From: Vicugna vicugna
Taxonomy: Eukaryota
Assembly: GCA_013265495.1 (NCBI GenBank)
Contig: MU058824.1
Coordinates: 2,879,111-2,943,110 of the forward strand
Length of the DNA: 64,000 nucleotides
Direction of reading: 5' to 3'
Shown piece after piece: positions 50,601 to 64,000 of the stretch (its first letter is position 1; each line of letters begins with the position of its first letter). The notes below the pieces were generated by a model, which had not been told where the DNA came from, did not search any database, and saw nothing but the letters and a program-made list of their open reading frames with translations. Position numbers and translations under genes: made by a program.

Positions 50601-53600
50601 AGGTGAAGTATGCAGTTAAATGACAGTTGAAGATAGTGGGTGATTTCTGTCTTCACTAATACATATAAAGCTCCTACTGTGTGCCAGGTCCTGTGCTGAG
50701 CTCTTCTTTGCTTCATTCTTGCGACAACCCTTTTCTTATCTCCAGTGATTGCAGACTGGGGCACAGGAGTTTGAGTAATTTATGTCACAGCCCAGCACTG
50801 GACAGATTTGGCATTTGAGCCCAGGCAGTCCCACCCCAGGGCCTGCTCTAACCTGATGTACCCGGTGCCTCTATGAGGCCAGATGTGGGCACGATCCCCT
50901 CCTCTACCTCAGCACTCCTAGCGAGCTTCATAATTAGAACAGACTGCAGCTCCTGCTAACGACGTCCTCATGAGATGCAGACTCAGAAGCTCGGGAGAAT
51001 GTTGAGGAACAAGAAAGGAAATAGGTAGAGAATGAGGTTGTTTCCACAAAGGTCCAGAGGACTATTTATAAAAAATACGTTTGCAAGCCAACTTTGACTG
51101 GCTGCTTTTTGGCAGCCGGCTGGCTCCTGCCATACTCTTGTCTCCTCTGCCATCCTTCATGTGTTCGGTACCAGCCCCACCTCGACCCCTTATGGAGGAC
51201 AGCTGACATCATATCCCTCCAGTAAAAGGACAACTCTGATCCAGTCATTTAACTTCTTGGAACCTCCAGTGTCTTCCCATTGCCTTTGGAATAATGTGGC
51301 ATTGCTTTACCCTGGCATTCAAGGCCTCCTACAAGGTGGTCTTCGTCTCCTCTTCCTGCTATGCCAGAGAACATTCTTCCCTAAACTCGCTGAATTTTTA
51401 CCCCTCTTCACTTTGCCCATGCCCATTCCTGAGGCCGGCATGCCCGACCTCCGTCCCGCCACCCCATCCCGTCCAGCAAGTGCAGGTTCAGCCCAGATCT
51501 TGCCCCTTCGCAGAACGCTGACACAGCCTCTCTTCTGCCCCCACCTGTTGGTTATGCCTCTGGCCTGCCTCACAGGTAGTTGTACGGTGCTATGACTGTG
51601 CCCCTCCCCTGTACAGAGCTCCTTGTTGGGAAGTGGATTCACCTGTATGTGTGCGCAGTGATGGAAAAGAGCTCAAATAGAGCCTTTTTGGGCAAAGGTA
51701 AATTGAAGGTTCCTGATGAGTGAAAAGGGCTTTCTGGGTATCAGGCAAGAAGGGCTTGTTTCCAATTGTGTAGAGAAAGATAAAGGACCTGGTGGTGACT
51801 ATACTTTGACCCTTTACCGCTGGCTGGAAAAAACTGAGCTATAGCTTTTTAGTCTAGAAAAGAGCGGACTTGAGTGAGGAAAATGTCCTAAGACCTCATC
51901 TTTTCCAGTCCTGCCAGGTGCCAGTTTCTCTTGAAGTTAACTTCCCTCTAAACACATGTGGGGCAAGTATCTTCTAAATCAAGCCTGTCATCTTTCCCTG
52001 GGATGGCTGCCTTCCCTTCCCACCCCTGCACACTGCATCACCCCTCACCTTGCTGACTACATGTTATGCCTCTGCTTTAAAATACTGACACGTTCTGTTT
52101 ACAGTAAAGCCCGAAAGCAGAGCCCTCCATCCACCCCCAAATTCCATTTCTTCATGTCTTTGTAGTCACCCACCACTCAACCCCTCCAACATTGTAGCCT
52201 GCTCTCTTTATTGCTCCCCTCCCTCTCTTCCAAACTCCCCTCCAGATGCTTTACTGCTGATCCTCCTGCCTCACATGCAGTCACTCCTGCCTGAGCCCTG
52301 GGGAGATGTGCCACCTTCTCTAGGAGGCTGTCCGACCCCCCAGCACCGCCCACCTGCCCGCTCTCACTGGTGTGCACAGGAGTCGGAACAGCTTTGCAAG
52401 AGACCATGTCTCATCTCCTTTAGCAGAGTGGCCGGAGCCTGTGGGCTGGTCCTGTTCCCACTCTGTGTCCCCTCCAACACCACCTCCCACTGTGTAGGTG
52501 CTAATGCATGTCTGAGCCTGGCTTCAGTGATAACAGCCTCGCCCACCTTTGTGTAACCTCATACATGTTCTCATTCCCACCTGAGATGGCCCTCAGGTGA
52601 TCGTGGTCTCTTTTCCCCATGAGATGGCTCAGTGTCGCCCAGGATGGGACATACTGCCAGCTGGCGGCCCAGGCAGGACCACGGTCTCTCCTGCTCTCTC
52701 TGCTGCTCTGAACCTGGAAGTTCAGCCACTGTTTGCATTACTCTGAGGGAACTGAGCCTCTAGGGAGAGAACTTTGGGGGTAGTTTGCGAATTTCTGAGA
52801 ACAGAAGAGTCTTGTCCTCTGAGAACAATCACACTGCAAGACTCAGGCTGCTATCCACACTCCTGTCTGTGGCACAGCTCTAGAATGTGGCCTCAGAACC
52901 CAATCAGCCACTCTGGCTCAAAATACAGCTGCGGCCCAGGGATTTGTGGAGAGCAGGGCCAGATCCTCGGTCAAGAGCTGCCTGGCGGGTTTCCTCCTTC
53001 TCTCCTCTCTCCCTTTGGCCATGAGCTACCCTGAGGAGGGATTGGCTTGTAGGAACCAAGTCACAGGCGGTTGATGGAGGGCCGTCGGCCAGAAGTATCT
53101 TGGTCTTTCGAGGTGGCTGAGCTTCCCTGAGGTCTTTCTCACATCAGAGCTGTTTATGGATAACTGGGGGTTGTGCGGTCACGTTAAAGAGGTCGTTCAG
53201 AAAGCCAGACTAGCATCTACAGGAAGTAACATTACAAGGGGACCTTGTGGCTTTATAACCTCTGCTCTATAGATGGGGGAGGGGCGGGGGGGTCATAAAT
53301 TCAGAGTGTTTGAGCCAAGAATCATGGAATCCATTCATTCACACACCCCTTGGCCACAAAATAGGAGGGAGTCCTTGCCCTGGGACCACCATCCCCTTTC
53401 TTTGGATATTACAATCTTCATATCTGCAGTAGCACAAGCAGGCTGATGACAGAGGCCTGTCTTCTTTGCTTCATTCTTGAGACAACCCTTGTCGGTGGGT
53501 ACTTTTCTTATCGCCAGTGAGTGGAGACTGGAGATATTCCTGTAATAAAGTCTCACACTTAGCTTTCTCGTGGGCTTATCATTTAAAGTGCACTGTTTTG

Positions 53601-55714
53601 TAAAAGAGCCCATATTGTCAGTTTTCTTATTTAGATGCAAGCAGAATACAGTATTGAAGTTTTTTGAGACTCCAGTTGCCTGATTTGGGGACTGCATTGG
53701 AGGTGTAAATGTCTGACTGTGGCATTTGACAGTGCACTTTATCTTAAGAATGCTTTTCATCATTCTAACAACAAATTATCCACATTTTTCAAGAGAAGAA
53801 AACCATCTACGGCAAAGACTTTCCTGTGCTGTGTTGTCCAGGGCCATCACACCCCCCGCTGGCCTGGCCTTCCTGATGAGCTTCAGGAGTTCAGAAACAT
53901 GTTCTTTACGGCTATCTCAGAAACTTCCACCTCCTCACTTCCTGTGGCCCCTCTCCAGCCCACTCCCAGTGACTGTCTTTGTTCTGTCTTGGTCAGGCAC
54001 TCCCTTCCTGAGGCTTCATCTGCCTTTCCTCACTCTTCTTGTCACCTTCAGTCACCACTGCCCTAGTGGGCAGCTCCAGCCCACTGTCACTCTTGTGCAC
54101 CCAACTTCTTGTCCCCTGACAGACCTGCTGTTTTCCTTTGCTGTGTGACCTTGGGCAAGTTTCTTAGCCTCTCTGAGTCAGTTTCCTCACTTGAAAAATT
54201 CATTTTCTAACTTACCGAGCACCTTATTGTGTGCTGGGCCCTGCATTAGACACAGGTACCAGAAAGATGAGTGGGCATAGGCCCTGCCCTGGAGCCCCAG
54301 TGTAGGAGGTCTTATAATCATGGCAGGATGACTTCATGGGTGCTTGGGAAAAGCAAGTGACATTCTGCCATGGGAGGGTTTATAAACTAAAGTATAATGC
54401 ATATGGAAAGAACGTTGGTTACTGGGGCTCCTGGGTCCATCGCTTTTAGGATAGAACAAGGCCACTCTTGAGTCTGGAGGTCCCTTCAAGCCTGGTGCCT
54501 GTGCACCCGCTCTGTTCTCTGGCATCTGAGCTCTTTCGTGTATGGAATGCATGGGCCTGTGCACCCGTGTATGAGGGGCGCCAAGCGGTGGAGGGCGGGG
54601 CCTGGACACCACATCCAGACTGTAAAGTAGGGGAGGGGGAGTTCTGGGAGCTATTTGGAGTTCTCTAAATGTGGTTTGACCTGATTTTTAAAACCTCTTA
54701 TACAACTTGTCGGGAGTTAGTGAAACTGCCTTTAGTCAGTGGGAAGAGAGCCAGATTTTTAAAAAATCTTATTGGAGTGTCACAGGATGTGAGAAGTCAC
54801 TTCTTAGCCCTCACAGCTATTTGTGAGCCTGTGTCTGTCCCTTGCCTGGCTTGGGAACTCCTGCAGGACTGCAGTAGTGTCTCGTTCTGCTCAAGTCCCA
54901 GAGCCCAGCCCAGGACCTGCCCCAGAGTCAGCCCAGAGAGGCTGAGTGGAGGTGCAGGCAGAACACTGGGGCTCAGAGTGGGGAGAGCTGACTTCTAGCT
55001 GGGGAGTGGGTAGGGGAGGTCTCAGAGGAACATGCAGGCTGAGTCATGATGGTGAGAATACTGTTGAGCCCCTGCTGCTGCCAGGCACTGAAGTGGCTCT
55101 GGTATTATCCTTATTTTATAGATGAAGAAACTGAGGCCCAGAGAGGTTGAGCAAGCTTCCCAGGGTGACACAGCCAGGATTTGAACTTAGCTTAACTCCA
55201 GAGCGCTTGTTCTCAAGCACTGTGTCTTGGCACCTAGGCAGAATTTGAATGTGCAGTGACTAGAGAAAGGAGCCCCCTAGGAGGGCAGAGTGTGGGCAGA
55301 GAGCCGTGCCAGGGAGCCGATTCCTGTGTTTGGATGGGGGGATGGGGGAGCAGTGAGGGGCTGACGTTGGAAATGAGCCAACAGCCCTCTCCACCACACA
55401 GCGGGACAGGACGTTCCTGAGTGACGTGGGGTCTCTGAGCAGGCGTTCCCTCACACAGGCTAGTGGGCAGGAGCCCTGTGAGCTGGCTTTTTCTCCAGTT
55501 TCACAGGCCCTCAGTACCTTGTGTGAGCCCATTGTCGTGTATCATAGAAGCTGGCAGGACCCTTCTTCATGAAAAGAGAGGGCTCTCTGAGGGGTGGTCC
55601 ATGGAATTCACTTTCCCCAGCCCTCCTGTAGCCCCTTACTCTCTCTGAATCTGTTTCACCATCTCTGCTGGAAGGAGTTGCCTTGTTAGAGTCACTTTCA
55701 AGTCCTTTGAGCAT

Positions 55715-55890
55715 AACATTAAGAACTAGAATCTGGGACAGAGCAGCTGAGATTGAATCCTGACTCTAACTCCCTGTCTTGGTGACCTTGGACAAGTTAC
55801 CCAGCTGCTCTGTGCCTCAGTTTTCTCATCTGTAGTATGGGGACAGTGTACAAATCTCCATAGGGGTTGCTGAGAGCATCAACAGAACTG
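55715..55890 (+). mobile_element. MIR SINE
   Basis: gtgaccttggacaagttacccagctgctctgtgcctcagttttctcatctgta. Confidence 0.75.
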
Positions 55891-56739
55891 AGTATAGCCC
55901 TCCCTGGTTGCTGCTCTCAGTATTTAATTGTCTTATGATTGGGCATGTCCCATCCTTGCTCTCTCCAGCCCCTGATTGACCCCGAGACTCTGTGGAGAGG
56001 GAGGGTCTAGGGTTTGGAGGCTCTCTGGCCACCCACAGAGCTCCTGTAAGGTGCTTGGGTTTGCCCCATCTGCTGGAGCGCGTTAGCGCTATAGACGTTG
56101 AGATCATCGCTGCCAGTGGCCGCCCAGCCTCAGCCAAGCTCTTGCAACATTCCCCAGGGCTCTGGGGGTTCCTTGTGCCCCAGTCCTGCGTGGGCAGAGC
56201 TCCGGGCAGGCGGCACGTTTTGGCAGGTCCTCAGTGGTGTCATTAGTAAGGAGTTTCCTGTGGCTGCGCTTGTTAGGACTGAGGAAATAAAGTTTTTACA
56301 GTCCTCTTTTGTTCTTCCCAGATGCTAATAAACTGTTTAAAATTTGGTTAAAATGCTGCTTCTCAAAAAAAAGGGAGGTGTTTTGGGAATTCTGTTCCCT
56401 GTTAGTTTGAGGTCATTGAGTTTGGTCTGGGGAGAAAGCTGGATCCAGTGCATTATTGTTGTCCGGTGAATGTGTTTGGCATTTACTTCTACAGGGTCCT
56501 ATCTTCCTGGAACAGCAGGGCACGAGTTAGAAAGCACCTGCATCCAAAGCTCTGGGATAGGAGTGTGAGCCCCTCTGTGTCTGTGGTGATGCAGAGGAAA
56601 GCTCAGGGGGTGGGATTCCTTGCCTCTTGACTCACTGTATGATCTTGGGCTAGTCACTTCCCCTGGGCTGGATTTGTGAAATCCTGTGGATAATCGTGAG
56701 ATAATAGTTGGATTACATGCGCCTGTTTTCTGCTAGAGA

Positions 56740-57130
56740 CCAGTGATTCTCAGTCTTCACTGCATAGTACAATCACCCAGGGGAGCTTTTAGAAAACCCT
56801 GATCCCAGGCCCCACCTTAGACCACTTAACTGTTATTTAGGGCAGAGCTCAGGCTTTGTGAAAACTCCACAGGGGATTCTAATGTACAGCCTGTTGAGAA
56901 CCATAGGACTAGCCCAGAGGTGGGCACTCTGTGGTCCTTGAGCCAAATCTAGCTGCTGCCTGTTTTTTTAGGTAAAGTTTTATTGGCACAGCCACATCCC
57001 TTCATTTAGCTGTGTGTGATTGCTTTTGCATCATAGTGGCAGTTGAGTTGAGTGGTTGCCATAGAGGCTATATGGCCAGTGAACCAAAATAAATTAACTG
57101 ATTCTTTACAGAAGTTTGCTGACCTCTCTT
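56740..57130. mobile_element. Adjacent MER5A-like and MER58A-like MITEs
   Basis: cagtgattctca...gattctaatgtacagcc..ttgagaacca (to ~56903), then taaagttttattggcacagccac...tttacagaagtttgctgacctct. Confidence 0.7.
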
Positions 57131-57659
57131 GCTAGACTCTCCCTTTCTTGAGGGCAGATGCTGAGCTGTTTGTCCGTCTGTCCCCAGGACCTAGCCTAGC
57201 ACAGACATTGCTAAATTTCAGGACAGAAGTGGCTTGGGTCTGTCCCAACCTATCAGACACTGTTGGGGGAAGAGGCCTTACCTTAGCTTGGGCTGAGACC
57301 CTTCCCCACTGAGTGGCCTGGGTCCCACCTGGAGATCCCCTGTCTCGTTTCTACCTGGATGGTGATGCCATCTCTCTGAGGGCAGGCATGTCGAGCCACC
57401 CACCCTCAACATACTTTTAGGAAATGTATCAGTTGTACTATAGAGCAGCACCCTTTGGGCTCTAAAGCTTGGGGGCTTCTTGTGGAAGTGAGAGAAGGTG
57501 GTGTACTTTTATAAGGTTGGACCAACCCGTGCCTCTGCGACCCTCAGTCCCATGCTTTGGGGTACTGTAAAAATCCCAGGAGGAGCATGGAATTTCCAGT
57601 GGCAAAGGATCTTAGTCTAGGTCCTTCTGCTGGCTCAACCACGTTCTGCCTGGACATAA

Positions 57660-57860
57660 TCTATGACAGGGAGCCTCCTAAAATATCCTGTTCTATTTTG
57701 AAGAGCTTTGTTTGATCAAATCTTCCTGAAATTGAGTTGAAATCTTTTTCATAACTTCCACTGATTGGTCCATATTCTGTTCTCTCTGACACCACAGAAC
57801 ACGTCCGCATCTGGTTCCAGGGATTAACCACCCATCTGCATTGTGCACACACACCCCTGA
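57660..57860 (-). mobile_element. Ancient L3/CR1-like fragment
   Basis: taacttccactgattggtccatattctgttctctctgaccacacagaac resembles the recalled L3 consensus. Confidence 0.4.
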
Positions 57861-60800
57861 ATCTTATCTAGAACATACACACTCCTTCGTCTCTTCAATT
57901 ATGCTCATGAGACGTGGAGTCCAGGCTCTTTATCATCCTGGTGGCAGCTCTTAATTAAAGTGCAGGGCCAGAGCCAAACGAGATTCTCCAGTGGCCCTCA
58001 GAATTGTGCAGATTGCAGGGAGACAGTTTCCTCCCTGGTGGTAGAAGTCCTGAGGTCACACAACTGTCAGCGTAGCCAGTGGGCAGGTTGGATTTTGGGA
58101 AGCTGTTAGACCCTGTGAGCACAGCATCACTTTTATAAAGTTCCCAAGGCAGTGGAGACCCCTGGGTTCTTGATATCTATAGCAAGTTACAGCATTGTTT
58201 CTCCATCCTGCCCACCTGCAGTTGGCCCTGTGGAAAGTCAGTGGACTTCCCAAAGGCCTCTGTCCCTTCCTGGCTTGCCCTCAGGGCTGAGAGGCACACA
58301 CCCAGCCCCCTCACCTGGCAGATGGGAAGTATGGTCTTGAGAGAGCTTCAAGGGCCCTGAGATTATGAAATCACTGGGCCAGGAACGAGGTTAATATTTT
58401 TAATGGCAAAGGGTGAGCCCCATTATTTCCCCAGCTCATTAATCAATGGTGGAACCCGTTTTACCTGTTAAGTGCCCTGTGTGGGGAGTTCATGAATGGG
58501 AATCCAATTTTCTGTTTAAAACCCAAGCTACCTCTCCCCTTCTTAAATCCGGGAGGCGGTTCTGGGGAGGGTGTCAGTATTTTATAGCAGATCTTTTCTT
58601 AGGTGGAAAAGTCTGTGGGCAGCCTTTGAGAGCCCTCCCTGCCTTACCAAGCCAACTCACCTGGCCAGGGATGCAGGAAAGCAGTCCCTGAGCTGGAGAC
58701 GCTAGTCCTGACAGCTCTAGGGCCAGAATGGATGGGAACTGGGAGCTCAGGGCTATCGATTAAACCTGTTGCCCACAGATCGAAGAATGGACATGACAGA
58801 ATTGTGGGGAGAGGGGGAATGTAGTCAGATCACTCAGGCGGACCAAGTCAGAGCCCTTTCAAATTGGTTGGTCAGCTGGGACAACGTCTCCAGGGGAGTG
58901 CATTCTTCTGGGGTCTGTGGGTTGAAAGTACCCCCTCCCCAGTTAGGTGGCTTAGTCACTTGTGTTATCCTCACCCAAGAACTGGGCATGATAGAGCACC
59001 CATAAAGGTGATGGGGTGCTCCCTTTGATCTTAGGAAAGCACTGCTTTGAGTTATTCCCGGATCCTGCCCCCACCTTAGGCACCATCACTACCACCTCTG
59101 GGGTATGAAGGCTCATAGGGATTTCAAACTGGCCACCCTGACCCCAGGACCCCTCCTCTACAGACAGAACATCTTTGGTTCCTCCAGTCCTCGTTGCATG
59201 TGTGGACACTTGGTTTTTTCCAGTCCTGCTTGGCTTACCCTAACAAGATGAAAAATGAACCATTGTACCACAAAATCCACTCCCATTTTGCAATGAGAAA
59301 AATGAGATTTACTTTACAGTCACCTTTGAAAATAACAAGAACTTACTGCATGCTGGGAATGCCCAAGTATTAATTCTTATTAATGAAGCAGGGGGCAGCG
59401 TTCAGGTTCATCTTCTGACTCTCATTCCCCTCCTGCGCTGAGTGATGATTCTGTGTGCAGAGGTTTGGGGATGTGGGGAGGGGGCCCTGGGGCCTCTCCA
59501 CTGCCTCATGGCTGCTGCGAACACCTTCACAACAACACTGGTGCTCATTCCCTCTAATGTAAGGACCTGCCTGCTCTGTCCTGTGCTACTTTTGGTGGTA
59601 GGTTGTGGGGAGTAGGAGCAGATAGGATCCCTGGCAGGAAGGAGGAGGCAGTAGGGGATGGAGGGATGTAATTGCTGGAAGCTGAGCACATAGCTGGCTG
59701 CTTCCCCAGGTGTGGCCCGGGCAGGTTGCAGGTGTGATCCAGTCATGGGTGGCTGAGGAAGAGGAAGAGAGACTTCTAGCACCCAGCTGACTGAGGGAGT
59801 GTCAGGGGTGGCCCTTGCCCAGGGTTGGCACATCTGAGCCAAACTGGCAGCACTTCCTCTTCTTCCTTTCAAACCTCCCGTCAGAGATTTCCTCCTGCTG
59901 TTGGGAAGGGACCCAGGATTTTCGAAACTCATGCAACAGGCCGTAGGTGGCACAGAAGAGCCAAAGGTTTGGAGGGTGTCTGGTCGGAGTTGAAACCTGC
60001 ACTGCCTTGTGTGCTCTGAGGCCTCCAGGAAACTACAAAACCTCCCTGGGCTTCATTTTCTCATCTGAAAATGATGTAATTAGGAGAATGAAATAAGACG
60101 ACATATAAAATAGCAGTCTTGCCTGCCACATGGTAGGCATTCCCTTCATCATCAGCATCACCTCCGAGCCCCTTGCCAGTTCTGATCCTCTAGCATGCTC
60201 AGGCTCTTGGAGGGGCCTGGTCTCAGGGCCTCAGGTCCCTGCAGAGAAGTGTGTGAAGACAGGAAGCTGATGGTGGGTTGGGGATGTCTCTTGATGGTGC
60301 AAGGAGGTGGGTCTCCCCAGTCACTTGATTAACACAACAGCAGTGGTGCTCTTTTGAAATTGATAAATCTGGGACTCCGTTGAAGATGCCTTTGCCTCTC
60401 TTTAAAAAAGATAGGACCTTTCTGGTAGCGGGTGACTTATGACCTTTGGAAGGGGATTTTACAACGTGAACCAATAATTAGGGCCATTTCGTTGCCTGAT
60501 TCATGAAGCTACTGTCAAGTGCAGCATTGGCATTTCGTGGAGGCCCGTCCTCTGTGGTCTAGAATGTGCCCTTGGAGTGAAGGCAGGGAAAGCCAGCCCC
60601 CTTAAGTGGTGGATGTACACCAGACCATTGAAACCCAAAGGAGGGCTTCAGTTTTGAGATAGTGCTGGAAGTACTGAAATGCCCATGTGTTCCAGTGTTT
60701 CCCCCCAAAACACAGTGATCTCCAATGGATTTAGAAAAATAAAAAGTTAGGGAGTTTTTTTATGAAGCTAAATTCATTTACTTTAAAGGACTTTGCTTTA

Positions 60801-61104
60801 TTCTCAATTTTCTTTTTATTGTTTTTGTTATTGTTCTTTCCTTTAGAAAATGCAGGTGAGGACAGGTGGCAGCTGGATTTCTTATAGTGTTGTGATCCTG
60901 TGTCTTTTCACCTCCTTTTTTGTAATTAGAGTTGTCTCTGAAATCCAGAATTCCAGCCCCAAGGACCCACCCTAACTTTCCCATTTTACAGATTGGGAAA
61001 CTGACAAGGAGTGTGACTTAGCTAATGGTGCCCAGCTGGAGAGAGGAAGGGGTTAGAGTTTGGGCCTCAAGCTCCCCATGGAAACTTCTTGATGTGGAAG
61101 ACAT

Positions 61105-61268
61105 CAGAATCAGCTGTAGAATTTATGGGGTCCACCCGATACAAAATTAGAATCCGCAGGCCCCTTGTTCAAAAATTACTAATAATTTCAAGATGGCGAC
61201 AGTAGAGCATTAGTCAAGTCAGAGCCCTGTGTGACTGCAGAGGCCACATGCCCATGAGGCTGGCCCCG
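61105..61268 (-). mobile_element. MER45A-like hAT-Tip100 MITE
   Basis: ggccccttgttcaaaaatta..aatttcaagatggcgacagtagagcatta...gccctgtgtgactgca...cccatga. Confidence 0.8.
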
Positions 61269-61974
61269 AGCATCATAAATGTCAAACTCCCTGAAGTACT
61301 GGCATTTTAAAATACCAACCTATAGTAATTAACTCAAGAAATAAAATGCACTGTGCTGTGTCTTTGAAATTCCCTGAAATCCCCACTTAGAGCATTTCCT
61401 CTGCTCTCCATAGCCATCTGTGAAGAAGCCTGAGGTTAGAGAAAGAAGCCAATGGGAGGAACTATAGAGGTGAGGCCTCTTATAAACCTGGAGGAAGGAG
61501 GCAGGATAGGGGGTGGTTATCAGGACATTTTCTGCCATCTCACCCGCTAGTGTTTGCTCTGGTGGCTCCATTATCTCCAGCGAAGGGTGTCATGCATCAC
61601 TGAGGGCCAGTGGGTCTGGGGTCACCTGTCACAGGAGCCTGGGCCAGGCAGATAACTGGGCTGGTACAAAAGACCAGGGTTCACGGCCACAGCTGTTGGT
61701 CAATGCCTTCGCTGGACTTTGCTCACTGGATTTTTTTTGGTTTAGGGCAGACCACAGCCCTTCTCTTTGCCTGTTGGCTATGATAGAGGGCACACATCTA
61801 ACCTCACAGCACATCTGGAAAAAACAAATGGAGGCCTGCTGGAGCCCGCGGGTGGGCAGGCACATGTGCCTTCATGGACGTGCACGTACATGCATATCTA
61901 GGTGTAGGTGCACGTGCTAGGCGTTCATGTATATATTTACTTATTTTATTTACTAAACTCTTAAATAATCCTTA

Positions 61975-62150
61975 TCTTGTGCTGTGTGCATGGTTCTAAG
62001 CATTCAACAAATGTTAAGACACTTAATTCTCATAGCAACCTCATAAGGTAAATCTTAGTACTATTTCCACCTTGTAAGTGAGGAAACAGGACCAAGAGTA
62101 AGTCATGTGACTTGCCTAAGGTCATGCAGCCAGTTAGTGGCCCAGCCAGG
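61975..62150 (-). mobile_element. MIR SINE
   Basis: ttaattctcatagcaacctcataagg...tgaggaaacagg...tgacttgcctaaggtca. Confidence 0.7.
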
Positions 62151-62799
62151 AAGCATGCAGGTGCTTCAGTGAAAACTGCTTGTTTCTAATGCCCTAAGCA
62201 CTAGTGCCCCTTATCGGCATGGATGTCAGGCATCCCCCTGGAGAGAAATGTCCCAAAAGATGCTCTGTTGATTCATTAAGTCATTGACTCATCGAGCATT
62301 TATTTGGACCCGATTCCATGATTCTGTATAGTCCCCATTGGAGTTGCAAAGCCATTATCTGCCCACAGCTTCATGAGGGGGGTATGACAGGGAGATTCTT
62401 CTTCCCATTTCACAAATGAGGAAACTGAAACTCAAAGGACAGCAGTGATGTGGTCAGGCCTGGGGCCAAGAGGGACAGGAGCCTGGGTCGATCTGATGGG
62501 CCCTCATATTGCTTCATTTGGGGGTAAACTACCAGATGTGAGGCTCTTCCCAGCCCCAGGCAACCGATGCTGTCAGGCCCCACCAAGTCCCTCCTGCTCG
62601 CCAGTCAGCCCTTCTCCAGCTGGCTGGTATCCACATTTCTGCCCAAGGGCTTCACGCAGAACCTGGAATGAGGCAGCCACTTGTGAGGCAGGCCAGAGGT
62701 CGGGGCCCAAGAGCAGCCTCCAACAGTGATGAGCACGAGTTAGCTGGTGTCTGGTCCCCAATCCCCTCGCCCTTGGTAAAGTGATTCTGAGCAGTGGGT

Positions 62800-62970
62800 T
62801 GTGTACGGTTTCCCAGTTTCCCTGTGGAGTGGTGCTCAGTTGTCCACCTTGGTAGCTACTGCGTTCCCCTCCGCTGCCCATTTCCTCATCTCTTGTAAGT
62901 GTCAGCTCCCAAATAAACTGCTTGCACCTGAGTCCCAGCTTCAGGGTCTGGGGAACCCAGACTAAGGTAC
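62800..62970 (+). mobile_element. ERVL-type LTR 3' fragment
   Basis: ccaaataaactgcttgcacctgagtcc...cagggtctggggaacccagactaag is a typical old ERVL LTR end. Confidence 0.6.
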
Positions 62971-64000
62971 CTGGCCTGTGGCATGTCAGAGGTAGAATAA
63001 CATCCTTTTCGAGTTCTCCAGTGCCTTCGGCTGTGCCAACAGAGTGTGCTGGCCACTGTGTTATCCCTTGGTCCATTGACTCAGTCTCCTTCTACCCCTG
63101 GAGAAAGGTGTTTTCCTGTGAAGGTGGGAGAGCTCAGGCTCAGAGAAGAGGACATACCCAGAGCCCCACAGCTGATTAAGAAGCCAGGAAGCGCTGAAGC
63201 TCCAGTCTCTGAGTCCAGTACTGCCCTGTACGTCCCTGCAGGCCCCAGCTCCTGCCCAGCACACCTTGTGGGGGCTCTGCTGTGCCCCAGAGGCTGGCTG
63301 CTGTGTGGAGGGAACCTGCCTCCCAGCAAAGAGCTTATCACCTGGCACACCATAAACATGGAGTATTGAACAAGCCACTGACACTGTTACAGGCGTATGA
63401 CATTGCAAAGCTCTGTCCTCAGTAACTTTCCCATACATTAGGAGGGTGCCAAGTACATATAAGAAAAAGTGCTTTGAGGTTCAAGGACAGCTTCTTGGCC
63501 TAGAGGACAGCACGTGAGAAAGAGTTAATCAAAGCTTGGTTGCTGGAGGATTCAAGAAGTTGCATTATTTTAAAAAGTGAATCACCATTTATTGAGCACC
63601 GGCTATTAAGCTGAATATAATTGGAAACCCTCAAATACGGTGGTGGTGATGTTGGTGGTAATTATGGCCGATGCTTCGTGTCCTCAATAAAAAGCCAGTG
63701 ACTCTGGGGGTGGGCAGCTATTTGGTGCTGCTCGTGTCTGAAAGGCAGTCGGCCTGGCCTGCCTTGAGGCTCCCATGTTGGAAATGTGCATGACTCATCC
63801 TAATGGGCCTCATTCGGAGAGAAGACCCTTGGCTTAGTACGAGTCCTGCACCACTGTTGCTGATTATTGAAATGCACTGTGCCAGCCTGAGCCCTCTCTC
63901 CCCTTAATCTCGGCCCTGAGCACAGAGCACATGCTGGTGGGAAGGCCATTCCTGCTCACTCCTGGGCCCTGCATAGGGCTCAGAGGTCCAATTTCCAGAG

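Larger units (their letters stand above)
27941..64000 (+). other. SHB: SHB intron 1 (partial, runs off the window end)
   Basis: Begins with a GTAAG donor. Downstream sequence is repeat-rich and CpG-poor, and I saw no ORF resembling the expected next SHB exon (VTIADDYSDPFDAK..., recalled). Confidence 0.8.

Noticed and set aside
59408..59953. 181-aa minus-strand ORF
   Set aside because: No recognisable domain or coding signature.
61188..61200. YY1-like CAAGATGGCGAC
   Set aside because: Part of the MER45A-like consensus, so not independent evidence of a promoter.
1..64000. tRNA, rRNA, snRNA or a processed pseudogene
   Set aside because: None recognised by eye; a covariance-model or BLAST search would be needed to exclude small ncRNAs.

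Overview
Mammalian (eutherian) genomic DNA, not prokaryotic. The one gene I can support is SHB (SH2 domain-containing adaptor protein B) on the + strand. Its CpG-island promoter and GC-rich leader lie at about 26.0-27.2 kb. Coding exon 1 spans 27230-27940 (237 codons, MAKWLNKYFSLGNSKTKSPPQPPRPDY...KKDK) and ends at a canonical AAG|GTAAG donor. The remaining ~36 kb is intron 1; I did not see exon 2. The ~26 kb upstream and the intron are dominated by old interspersed repeats (MIR, L2, L1M, MER3/MER5A/MER45A/MER58A-like DNA transposons, MER21/MLT1/ERV LTRs) and microsatellites. No Alu, B1/B2, CanSINE or Bov/PRE/CHR-type SINE is evident, and a young L1 3' end looks camelid-like, so a camelid source is inferred but not proven. 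The most notable points are: (i) two uORFs in the SHB leader plus a long AUG-less in-frame extension that misses the upstream AUG by one base; (ii) an 11-unit constant-core/variable-spacer minisatellite joined to a CpG-rich LTR-like element; (iii) doubly nested L1 insertions with clear target-site duplications (TSDs); (iv) a 19-bp duplication that creates a nuclear-receptor IR1-like site. I found no convincing new coding system; nearly all other ORFs in the track look like chance ORFs. Repeat family names come from recalled consensus sequences and their boundaries are approximate.
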